Assembly: GCA_034226945.1 (NCBI GenBank)
Contig: CP120461.1
Location: 744,001 to 808,000 of the forward strand
Source of the DNA: Picochlorum sp. SENEW3
Taxonomy: Eukaryota
Direction of reading: 5' to 3'
Length of the DNA stretch: 64,000 nucleotides
The position numbers and the translations under genes are program-made. Below are positions 47,001 through 57,263 of this stretch, piece by piece; the first letter of the stretch is position 1; every line of letters begins with the position of its first letter. The notes below the pieces were generated by a model. The model was not told the DNA's origin and did not search any database. It saw only the letters and a program-made list of their open reading frames with translations.

Positions 47001-47372
47001 GTTGCAATGTAGCACTGCTCTCTTTCTTTCTTTCTCTCTGTTGCTGCTGCTACTCGAATAATACTCCTCTGCCTCCTCTCTCTCTCCTCTTCCTTTTAAT
47101 ACATACTAGTTTTTAAGTATGGTAGACGTCTGCTACATGCTGAAGAGAGACAAACAAAGGGAGAGAGAGATGTACTTAATTCTCAAGTACGGAGCACACT
47201 AGTGTGTGCTTTGCATTTCATCTCATCGTTTGGTTTCTTCCTCCTCTGAGTCGAGAAGAAGAAGAAGAAGAAGAATTAGATATTTTTCTATTAGTACTAC
47301 TACTACTACTAGATTGATCGTACTCGAGGTGAGATTTCAATCTCAATCGATTGGGTTGTTTTTAGTATTCAA

Positions 47373-48421
47373 ATGCGGTTCCAAGCAATTCGTCCTCAGA
47401 TGGACGCAGGCATTCGTGTACAGCATACTCATACCATGAAAAATACAAGTAAAAGGATGATGCATAGCATCACCTGCTGTGGGAGAGCTGAATCTTCTTT
47501 CATCCAGAGGAGACAGCAGCAGCAGTGGTCTTGTCACCTGCCAGTATACTCTCATAGTAGCAGCTCAGAACACCGCTGCCGCAGTACTGCTACTATTCGT
47601 ACTACTACTAGCAGCAGCAACAACAATACTACTAGTAGTAGTAGTAGTAGTAGAAGAAGAAGAATATTGTACTCCCCATCTGGGAGGAGGAGTGGTGATG
47701 GTGGTATGATGGTGTGGAGATTGCATGCCTCTCCTGCAGCAGCAGCAGCAGCAGTATCATCATCCAACACCTCGTGGATATCGACGCTTGGCGCCGCATT
47801 CCATGCCAACCCAATCGGGTTTATGACAAGTGTAGCAATGTGTGTCGGTGCAATAGCGTTAGCAGGTCTTCTTACCGCTGCAATACCAGCACTAGTATCT
47901 CTCAAAAAGACCATGGATTCTGCCCATGTCTTGCTAGAGTCCCTGGAAGAGGAGCTTCCAGATGCCGTGGCGGCCATGAAGCTGTCAGGATTGGAAATGG
48001 CAGATGCCATGGAAGAGGTATCGGGTCTTGGAAGTGACCTGACGGCAGGTATTCGTGCATCTGCGAGAGCGCTTGTTGGTGCCGAGACGGGGGTAAGACA
48101 GAGTGCCCAGATGGCCTCTGGAGCCATCACAAAGTCTTTGCCAACAGCCAAAGGTACGACTTGATTGATCATTCATTCGTATGTATGTATACCAAGGCAT
48201 TGATGATGATGATGATGTATTCATTGAGATTACTATACTACTATCACGCTCATGGTGCAGTTGCTGCTGAGCAAGCCCTCCAGAAGAGAGCCTCCATGAC
48301 ATATAGCAAAGACACTGTAGCAGATGTCGCCAAAGCCACCAAAGTAGCATCCAAGAGACTTCGAACAGCACTCGTCGCAGCCCAATGGGCACAGAATGCA
48401 AACAGATTCCTTGGACCGTGA
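47373..48421 (+). CDS. Conserved plastid-type single-TM helical protein of unknown function, 2 exons
   Basis: Transit-like low-complexity N-terminus, TM helix, AAIPAL...EELPDAVAAMKLSGLE..D..EE...L..DL..G. Intron at about 48153-48260. Confidence 0.6.
47605..47663. repeat. Compound trinucleotide microsatellite (ACT/AGC/AAC/AGT/AGA)
   Basis: Directly visible; encodes a TTTSSSNNNTTSSSSSSRRRR tract. Confidence 0.85.
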
Positions 48422-48592
48422 TGAATGACTTTTGTACTGGTACTCGGACGACAGTCGGTCGTTGTACAAATAATTCATTTTCTTATCCAAATCTCGAATG
48501 TTTCGAGGAATTCGTATCTCATATAAATGGCTTTGATGAATAATTTGAAACAGGAAGCGTGATTTTTTCTTCTCCGTGTGTTCGTGTCTACC

Positions 48593-49367
48593 ATGAAGGG
48601 TCGTCGTTCCACATCCAAATCCCTTTTATCTCAGGCTGTGTCTGACTCATGCCTTCAATACCAGGATACACCAGTGTTACAACAAGGGAGAGTATCAACA
48701 GATGTGGATGCGGATGAGAACAAGGTACGCGTTGTTGATGCCGACCGGGTTGGCGTTGGATTCTCCACGGGGTCGGAAACGACCCTGTGGGTGGCAGCCA
48801 CGGTGTTTTTTTAAATTATATAGTGGTTGGGAGTGTTGATAAGGGAATTGGGATGACGTGTTTCCCTGTTGGTGTCTGCAGGATGGAAAAGCTGGACATG
48901 ATGCCATTGGTGTGTCAATGTCAGACAGAAGGACAGTGTTGGGGGCGACTCCAACAGCATGTGCTGTTGAAGTCGAAGAGGAAGAAGAAGAAGAGGAACG
49001 TGCTCAAGAGCACCCAGGATTGAATCAGAGGAATGCGTCAGGGATGCAGGAATTGGAGCGGTTGTTGGCGAGTTCTATTCCAGAGAGCACGCCTCCGTCG
49101 CAGAATATGCTTGGATCTCCGCCAAAGAGGGATACAGGTGCTGCCAATCCGCTGTCTCATTGTTCCTCTTGGACGAGGATGGCGCCGATTTCTTCTATTT
49201 CGAATCTGGAGATGCTTGAAAAGGTGCAGCAGGAGGAGGAAGAGCGGGAGGAAGCACATGTGAAGAAGAGTTGTGCCATTCCGGTGCCTGGCGGGATGTC
49301 TCGGTGTTCGAGTGGCGTTCACTGGGTGCCTTCAAGCTCGTCTCCAGAGGGGAGGGTTCTTGTGTAA
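48593..49367 (+). CDS. Hypothetical low-complexity protein, 2 exons
   Basis: The exon 48593-48724 joins in frame through a GTACGC...CTGCAG intron to 48881; contains GSPP.R...NPL. Confidence 0.5.
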
Positions 49368-49677
49368 ACATATTCAGACAGGCGTATTGTACATCAGGTT
49401 GATTTTTTTCCCAGTAGACTCGATGACAACATAGTATATATATAAAAAAATACTACGAAAAAAAGGAATCCTCCACCGTGTGTGTGTATATATAAATTGC
49501 TACTACTAATGCATGTAAACATGATGAAATGAATGAGATGTATGTTTTATCTTAAATCTTTACACAGAAAATCTCTATGGAGAGATGTGTTTTTTTTTCC
49601 CGAGAAGAAAAAGTAGATGCCTGTACATATCCACGTGTCATGTAGATGTTTTAAAAGAGTACCGAAGTTTATCCGAA

Positions 49678-50637
49678 TTACTGTCCATACGTTGTTTTTA
49701 GCTGAAGGTTCCACTGCATGACGATCAATCCTTCGTCATCAACAGCTGGACTGCTGCACCAGAACCACAGGCCACATGGGTCGGCAAGGTCGTCTCCAAT
49801 ATCAAATCTCTCGTCTGAACTTGCAACTTGTTGCAGTAGGGCGCAGACGGGTGGGCGAGGAGATGCCCATTCTGTTGGACGGGGAGACTCGTAGGTATCT
49901 GCTCTGCATGTTATCTGTTTCCCAATTCCAGAAAAGATCAAATTATACGCCTCTGGTGTATCCCATAGAGCCTCGCAGACCTGTCGTATTGCAGGGCTTG
50001 TGTCATAGTCATAATGCGAGTATACTGGCGTTCGATTCGCGCATCGTCGATTTACAGGTGGTGGTGGAGAAGGAGATTCTACAGGAGAAAACGGTGGGGA
50101 TGGCGTCGCCTCTTTCGCACTGATAAACTGCCATTTAGATCTCGACCTCTCTGATCTGGTATCCTTTCCAAGCAGTGGTCTGAACTTGCTACAGGTTGAC
50201 GTTGGCAGTGAGAGCACTTGTAATGGGCATTTGCCACCTGCAGAGGTTCTCTTGACAGACTTTACAACATACTCGTATCCCGACAGAGATCTGTACCTCT
50301 TCAACTTCCATACAGAAGAGTTATTGTCCAATCCGACCCAACGAGAAGTACATTTTGTATTCTTTGTAGAGAGATCCTGCCTGCAAGCAAAACTCCTGTT
50401 TGCTGCCTTTATTGACACTGCTCCCCCTGAGGTTGAACGTACGATCCAGATGGACTTTGACGATTTTCTGGAGGACATTCGCAATCTTTTATTTGCACAC
50501 GATGAATAATACCCGAGGTATTTCCCCTTGTGGCATGCAGTCTTGCCGACATAGCGAATGTAATATGTCCCGTCTTGGAGGCCTGAGACGGCCACAGCAA
50601 GGAAACATAGCAACAGCGTGAGGGTCTTCAAACCCAT
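49678..50637 (-). CDS. Secreted Cys-rich basic protein (possible beta-trefoil) with Pro linker
   Basis: Clear signal peptide MGLKTLTLLLCFLAVAVSG; three C..L...C...W units; SPPPP; intronless. Confidence 0.6.
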   Translation of the reverse strand: MGLKTLTLLLCFLAVAVSGLQDGTYYIRYVGKTACHKGKYLGYYSSCANKRLRMSSRKSSKSIWIVRSTSGGAVSIKAANRSFACRQDLSTKNTKCTSRWVGLDNNSSVWKLKRYRSLSGYEYVVKSVKRTSAGGKCPLQVLSLPTSTCSKFRPLLGKDTRSERSRSKWQFISAKEATPSPPFSPVESPSPPPPVNRRCANRTPVYSHYDYDTSPAIRQVCEALWDTPEAYNLIFSGIGKQITCRADTYESPRPTEWASPRPPVCALLQQVASSDERFDIGDDLADPCGLWFWCSSPAVDDEGLIVMQWNLQLKTTYGQ

Positions 50638-50926
50638 CTCCGAATGGAAAAAGATGCGTTATTTATGAGCGCTATTATTATTGCGGATGATAAATAGGGG
50701 CTGAAACCAATGTATCGGAATAATAAGGACGCGATCATTCACTGCGTAACTTTCTTTCTGGAAGCTGCTTGAGAAGGTACCCCTTGAGGGGCACCATCCT
50801 GATGATGATGATACTTGATAGACCTCCACTATAGGAAAAGCGAGATCGAGGAGAGCTCTCCTCATGGGCCATACATACATAGGCATGACTATTTCGCATT
50901 GAATCCATAGTATAGTATATTACAAT

Positions 50927-52411
50927 TCAACTTTGGGTCATCCATGCTTTTGATGTTGTCATGTACGAGTCCTTTTCAATCTGAGCAAAATGGAGCAAAA
51001 TGTGCTTCAAATCACCTGCTCTCTCCTTTTGAAATCGAATGACATCTGCATCCATTCTCTGAACAAGCTTGGTATATCGTTCCGTTGTCTCTTGTGATTT
51101 CTTCAGAGCAGCTTGAAGATGCCGTTCCGCTTCCATGATGCGATCCTGCCTCGTCCCAGGAGTAGCCTGCATCTTTGCCAGCGCACTCCTCTTTGAGTCG
51201 ACAATAAGCTGCGCATGAATTTTTTCAACCAGGCACTCATCTCTATCCTCTATGGTCCTTTTCGCTGATCTAATAGACCGTAATAATTCACGAAGCGGCG
51301 CTTCAAACCGCACGTGAAGCTCTTTTGCAGACTGATCCCACCCGTTGCCTGCCATGATTGCCTTCTTTCCCAATACAGCACAGTGCGCATTCCCATCATC
51401 ATCCGACATGGACTCAATTTTCACAGACATTTGATTCAAAGATAAACCGAAATCTGAGAATGACTTTGCAAGGCGAGCGTGCTGCCGAGTCAACCGCTGT
51501 GCCTGCTGATGAACTTCGTTCAAATGGGCTTCCAAATGGTTGTAATAATTTTTAATCGCAGCATACTCTTGGCTCTCCTCGTTCCGCACATGTTGCTGCA
51601 CAAGCGACCCTGGAATATTCGCCTGAACCAAACCTGCATTCTCCGAGATGCTTTTGAAAAATTTGCTCGCAGAACTCAGCGTCTTGCTGGCAAATGACGA
51701 TGCTCCTGATGACTCTGCAGGCGCTGCATTCCCCAATTCATGTGATATCCTCGATGATTCAATCGCAAACTCCGACTCGCTCGCCTGCAAAAACAACCTC
51801 AGCTCTTCAGAATGACGCAACAGTGGATGCGACAGTACCCTCTTTAGAAATACTTGCAGTGCACGCCGTCTGTCTTCCACAAACTGTGGTGTCATCTTGT
51901 ACTTTTCAACCACATTCCGGGGAGGCAAAGCAGGCAAGATGATGCCAGCAAACTCCTTCCTCATACAATCTCGCAACCATGTAAAATCTCTGAATCGTCG
52001 AATCACTTCCCGCTGACCAGATCCATATGAATCCAAATGCACTGTGCTAACCACCCTGTATGAAATGTATGCAGACACCCCTTCCCCTTGTTTCACAGGG
52101 TCTACCACGTTGACCTCAAAGTTGTCAAAGGAACTCGCTATTGAATCCAAATCATCTTGGCCACCAAAAACAGTTGAAGTTGTCGTATCCTATACGCAAT
52201 ACCATGTCGACAAGGTGTTGTCAGAAACACGATGTAGAATTACAAAAGTTCTTGGCAAACCCACCTCGTGGTGACGATTCCTGTCCTCAACCCCTTGGTT
52301 TTTCGAATGTAAAGAATCTTCTAAGATTATAGACTCGTATGGAGGTGGAGAATCGTCCTTTTGAGGACTCTCGGGGCGCTGTAAAGGATCAGAGTGATCT
52401 CCTTCGTTCAT
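50927..52411 (-). CDS. SNX2: Sorting nexin 2-type (PX-BAR), 2 exons
   Basis: PPPYESI N-terminus, V.DPVKQGEG..AYISY, VIRRFRDF.WL, P.LPPRN, F.EDRRRAL..FL, C-terminal BAR helices. Confidence 0.88.
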
Positions 52412-52580
52412 ATTCTCCTCGTATCTCACCAGAACGCTTGTTGATATTTTTATTCAGTAATTATATACTCTGAATACCGATTCGATTACAGGGTATTTTT
52501 CAAATGTTTTGAAAACCGAACTAACGAAGAGGGTCTGTTCATCTGTTGTTCAGGAAATCTGTATCATCTCATGCCCTCTC

Positions 52581-52608
52581 TCTCTCTCTATATATATATA
52601 GAGAGAGA
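52581..52608. repeat. Perfect 28-bp palindromic microsatellite (TC)4(TA)6(GA)4
   Basis: TCTCTCTCTATATATATATAGAGAGAGA equals its own reverse complement. Confidence 0.9.
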
Positions 52609-52894
52609 AGACAGGATATATATAGTTGTCCAGGTAGGAGTCATTGATTGGTGTGATAGATTGAAAGCATTTCAAATATAGATACCCATGTAATTCATTC
52701 ATCATGTGCTATACCTATAGCATTTGGGTGAATTGATTGATGTGACCAAACATCATCATAGGCACGTAACTTACAATAATGTTTTCAACGTTTTTAAAAG
52801 TATTTTATTCTTGGTATGCTTCACGTCTTGATACAAAGACAGGAATAGTTTTATGCGAACGAATAATGCAGCATGAAATAATAAAGCAATTGTA

Positions 52895-53788
52895 TTAATA
52901 GCTTGGTCGAACTCGAATGTTTTTGAACATGACTGTTTGTTTATAGCCAGGTGTCCTGTGATATTTTGAGGCTCCACCGAAGAAGCACTCCATGGCAATG
53001 CTCTGGATCTTTGTGTCTGCTCTATCTCTGAACGAGATATCGTCGAGTATGTTTGTGCGACCGTTAATCGTGACCCTAGCCTTTCCATCAGGTTTCCCTG
53101 GTGTGTTCAATTTCAATGCCAGTTCAATCTTGTTCCAACCAGATTTGAGTGGCAAGGTTGAATTCCCCTTCATCCAGAAATGCATTCCAGCTCGACCGCT
53201 TCCTTCAAGAAGGGCGGCTGTCTTTGGACCTTGGGCTCGCAGGGCTGATTTGTAGTCTCCATGGGCCCCGTACAAGTAGGGAGACACAATGGTTCTCTTT
53301 CTGCCTCTTGCTTGCCACGTAGGACGGAAGCTACCTTGACCATCATTATAATCCTTTCCAGTTGAATATCCCTCCTGGAATGTTCCTAGATAGATGCCTG
53401 GTAGCTTTCCAGAGATGACGAAATTGAATCCCTTTTTAAAATACACCTTGTACTGAAACGTCAACTCCTCAGATGGCAATACACCTTCTGGGCTTGCGAC
53501 AAATCGAGATCCACTCTCCAAAGACACATCTCTCTTGGCAAACTTGAGTTTCAGAAACTTTTTATTTCTGGTGGTGGAATACCGGTCGGTATACTCTGCC
53601 AAAAAGGTGTTCCAAGGAAAATTTCCAAGCTTCCATGGTTCACCAGTGACAGGGAGCGTGGTGAAATTGTCCATACTTTTGCGACATGATACATCTTCTT
53701 GTCCAAAGGCATGTGTGCAACAAAGAAGAAGAATGCCTAGAAGCAGCGATGCGGAGGCGCTGACGTCCATTGGAGAACGAACAGACAT
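52895..53788 (-). CDS. Secreted polysaccharide lyase family 14 (vAL-1-like polyuronide lyase)
   Basis: Signal peptide; F.YKVYF..GFNF...GKLPG, S.R..W, YLY, GWN.I.L..KLNTPG..DG, FR, FFGG; intronless. Confidence 0.8.
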   Translation of the reverse strand: MSVRSPMDVSASASLLLGILLLCCTHAFGQEDVSCRKSMDNFTTLPVTGEPWKLGNFPWNTFLAEYTDRYSTTRNKKFLKLKFAKRDVSLESGSRFVASPEGVLPSEELTFQYKVYFKKGFNFVISGKLPGIYLGTFQEGYSTGKDYNDGQGSFRPTWQARGRKRTIVSPYLYGAHGDYKSALRAQGPKTAALLEGSGRAGMHFWMKGNSTLPLKSGWNKIELALKLNTPGKPDGKARVTINGRTNILDDISFRDRADTKIQSIAMECFFGGASKYHRTPGYKQTVMFKNIRVRPSY

Positions 53789-54051
53789 GACGTCTCCTCG
53801 ATTCAGAAATCCCAGCCACTCCTTTGCAGTATATAGACTATTATCGTAAGATTGAATCTTTAGAAAAAATAACAATCCATCTGCGCACAGGAGGCTGTCT
53901 CTGCAGAGAGGGGTACCACCCATCTACAGCATCATACCATACAGTCTAGAGGGGTTTGAAGCAAGGGAGAAGTCACAGAGGAAGGTCCATTCAAATTCTC
54001 CATCATCTATATATGTTACATCTATAATCGTCTATTATGACACTTACTTAC

Positions 54052-55083
54052 TTACTCCTCTTGTTTCGACAAATGTTCGAACAAGAGCAACTTTTCTATA
54101 GACTGAGCACCCACAGCACTAATCTGACTGGCATACGAATGCATCTGGTTTGCTAGCAAAAGGGTATCCAACTGGCTTGGCTCCGTTGGCTTCTTAAACT
54201 CATTCTCAGGTGGATCTTCAGGAAGTGGCTCCTCTCCCAAAATGCGACGTTGCTGATTCTCATTTCTTCTGGCCAACTTCCACTGCATAATCTTCTGATG
54301 AAGCTTTCTCATATCCAGATGATACATGCTCAATTTGTCCTGTTCTGCTTTCAAATCATCTATACACTCCACCAAGAACTCCAAGTTCTTCTCCAAGATG
54401 GGCGCCGCGTCCATATTCAATCTGTCCATGTCCAACTGTGTGGTGACCAATGGCGTCTCAATCTCATGCATCAATGCCACTGCCAGGGACGAGTTGTGCA
54501 CCGTGATCGGAATCTCTACAAACACATCCTCCCATGAAATACTCTTCGTCTTAATCTTCTCAATCGTTAGGGTCCCCTCTCTATACGCCTCGATAAACGA
54601 ATCTGCCAATCGGATAGCCTTGATACCATATGTCCCAGTCAGAGAGCTTGTGACATCATAAATAAGGCATACACAGCGCTCAAGACTCTCCAAAGAACTA
54701 ATAAACTGATCAATAATTTCCAAAACCTGATATGAACCACTCACAGAAGACTGATACCATCCCACCATGTTGTTATCCACATTGATCTCCCTCATACAAC
54801 GAAGCATCTCCAGTTCATAGCTCTCTGCATCCTCACCATCATCTCCAGCATCATGAATAGGGATGGGGAAACATTCAGTTATCTCTAACACTTGTCCTAC
54901 ATCTAATCCCAACAGAGATCCAGTCACCACGGGGTGCACTGCAGCATTCTCACGGCTATGCTTGGCAATCTTCAACAGAACATGCCCCTCGAGCTGCACT
55001 CTCAACAAGGGCGGCTTCTTCTGCTCTGTCGTAGCAGCTGCAGCAAAATTCAATGCCGTATTTTCTGTTGTTTCAGTATCCAT
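54052..55083 (-). CDS. EIF3H: Translation initiation factor eIF3 subunit h (MPN)
   Basis: VQLEGHVLLKIAKH, VTGSLLGLDVG..LEITECFP, MLRCMREINVDNN.VGWYQS, EPSQLD.LL. Confidence 0.95.
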   Translation of the reverse strand: MDTETTENTALNFAAAATTEQKKPPLLRVQLEGHVLLKIAKHSRENAAVHPVVTGSLLGLDVGQVLEITECFPIPIHDAGDDGEDAESYELEMLRCMREINVDNNMVGWYQSSVSGSYQVLEIIDQFISSLESLERCVCLIYDVTSSLTGTYGIKAIRLADSFIEAYREGTLTIEKIKTKSISWEDVFVEIPITVHNSSLAVALMHEIETPLVTTQLDMDRLNMDAAPILEKNLEFLVECIDDLKAEQDKLSMYHLDMRKLHQKIMQWKLARRNENQQRRILGEEPLPEDPPENEFKKPTEPSQLDTLLLANQMHSYASQISAVGAQSIEKLLLFEHLSKQEE

Positions 55084-55512
55084 ACTGTGTGTTTGCTGTG
55101 ATACAGGATTCAAGACGCCGTCACTTGGATGTACAATATCCTTGTATCCACGCCTTTTCACTCGATATCGTATGACAATGACGAGTTTCTAGTCTATAAG
55201 TAAATTTATCTACGCAGGGATGGAAATATGCTGTGTCAAGTACAAATGGAGGAGCCCATGGGTGGATGGCTGTCTTGCCAAAAGGTCCCCATCAACACAT
55301 ATAAATGACCGGACAAGGTGATGTCGCGGTCTTTTGTTGGCCGAGGTGTTCCTTTCGATGCAAGAATTTTTTATTCTTGGTCACGTGGCTCGGACAGGCT
55401 TGGATGCAAGCATTATTTATCATACCCTTGAGTATTAATACGTTTGTCGTCCTCTGTTTCATCTGTGGGCGATACATTGTTGGAGTACCCCGTTGAATTC
55501 AGAGTCCCAAAC

Positions 55513-56904
55513 ATGCGGCTTTCCGCTCTGGGCAAGAGCAATTGCTCTCAGTCGATCTGTTCCGTTCAAAAGAAGAGGTCTAGTCAGATTCATGCCCTAG
55601 ATAGTGTAATGCATGTGACATGGAGGTATCGTGGGAATGCCCGTGCTGGACCAGGTGGTTCCTGTCAGTGTTTGTCAGCCATGTCGCATGATGTGTACAA
55701 TTCACGGCAAGTGAATGCCGAGATGGCCAAGAAAGGGTTGGATATTCCATCGGATGGGTTTGATAGCATTGAAACAGCTTTAGATGCTCTTCGACAGGGA
55801 ATACCAGTTGTTGTGTTGGATGATGAGGATAGGGAGAATGAAGGGGATTTGATCGTGTCTGGGGATAGAGTGACGGAGGAAACGATGGCGTTTATAGTGA
55901 GACATACGAGTGGTGTTATTTGTGTTGGGATGACGGGCGAAGATTTGGATAGGCTGGATATTCCTCTCATGATTCCTCCTACGCAGAATGAAGAAGCCAT
56001 GTCAACAGCATTTACAGTGACTGTAGACCTGCGAGTGGGGACAACGACGGGAATTTCAGCAGCTGATAGAACTGCGACGATCAGGGCGTTGTCGAGTATA
56101 TCGTCTGTTCCTGAGGACTTTAAAAGGCCTGGGCACATATTTCCATTGAGGTGTCGACAAGGAGGTGTTTTGGTTCGCCCTGGACATACAGAGGCTTCAG
56201 TGGATCTGTCACGCTTGGCTGGCTGTGCGCCAGCGGGTGTATTGTGCGAGATTGTGAATGATGATGGGACAATGTCTAGGACACAAGAGTTGTTGGAGTT
56301 TTCCAAGAAGAATAATCTGCCTTGCATTACTATTGCTGACTTGATTCGATATAGACTCAAGCATGATGCGCTTGTTCAGAGGACGGCGTCTGGTGTATTG
56401 AACACTCGATATGGAGATTTCGTGGCGCATTCATACGTGAGCGTGCTTGATGGCCAGGAACATGTGGCGCTTGTATATGGTGATGATCAAGGTCGTGTGG
56501 GCAAACAGACAATGGCTAGAATCCAGAATGAAAGTATTCTCGGCGATTTATTCGGCACTCAACGCTGTGGATCTGTATCACAGCTTGATAATGCATTAGA
56601 AAAAATAGTAGAACACGGGCACGGTGTGCTTGTGTATGTGCGGTGTCAGAAAGGCCGTGGAATGGGTATTGCAGAGGAACTCAAAACATTCCATGCTTCC
56701 TCTACGAACGACAGCTCTAGTACCGCATGTGATATCTATTCTTCTGAAGATGGTGGATTTATGAGTGATTTACGGGATCATGCTGTTGCCGCACAAATAC
56801 TCAAGGATTTGGGGGTCACCTCTGTCCAGCTTTTGACAAATAATATGAGCAAAGTTGATAGTATGGTAGCTCATGGTTTGACAGTAGAAAAGATTCCAAT
56901 GTAA
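55513..56904 (+). CDS. ribA: Plastid RibA: intact DHBP synthase plus degenerate GTP cyclohydrolase II
   Basis: DDEDRENEGD, TAFTVTVD, TTTGISAADR, RPGHIFPL, RPGHTEA, LCEI are intact. The GCHII zinc motif is altered. Start is uncertain. Confidence 0.9.
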   Translation: MRLSALGKSNCSQSICSVQKKRSSQIHALDSVMHVTWRYRGNARAGPGGSCQCLSAMSHDVYNSRQVNAEMAKKGLDIPSDGFDSIETALDALRQGIPVVVLDDEDRENEGDLIVSGDRVTEETMAFIVRHTSGVICVGMTGEDLDRLDIPLMIPPTQNEEAMSTAFTVTVDLRVGTTTGISAADRTATIRALSSISSVPEDFKRPGHIFPLRCRQGGVLVRPGHTEASVDLSRLAGCAPAGVLCEIVNDDGTMSRTQELLEFSKKNNLPCITIADLIRYRLKHDALVQRTASGVLNTRYGDFVAHSYVSVLDGQEHVALVYGDDQGRVGKQTMARIQNESILGDLFGTQRCGSVSQLDNALEKIVEHGHGVLVYVRCQKGRGMGIAEELKTFHASSTNDSSSTACDIYSSEDGGFMSDLRDHAVAAQILKDLGVTSVQLLTNNMSKVDSMVAHGLTVEKIPM

Positions 56905-57263
56905 CGTGACATACTGTTGTTATATGGCATGAAAATACCCTCATCATGTCTGTTTTTGGGCATATCCAGCATGCCATGCATGGGGACAAGGATTGGATGC
57001 AGCAAAGCCATGCATGCCTCCCTGTCAAAGCGACCATTCGACCGATCTGTCGGCGCCTTCTTCGTAGGTTGCCGATAACGCGCACTCGCAGTATCCTTGT
57101 GTGTATGCGATATCATGGCACATTGACGCGAGGATCAGCGAAATTGTTTTGAGATTACAATTCTGGTCTGGCAGAGGAGAATTCTTTGCCTTCTTGACTC
57201 ACAAAATCAGTATAGTCGAGTTGTGTCAAGGCTGCCGCCAAGACAGCGTTGAACGAAGACAAA

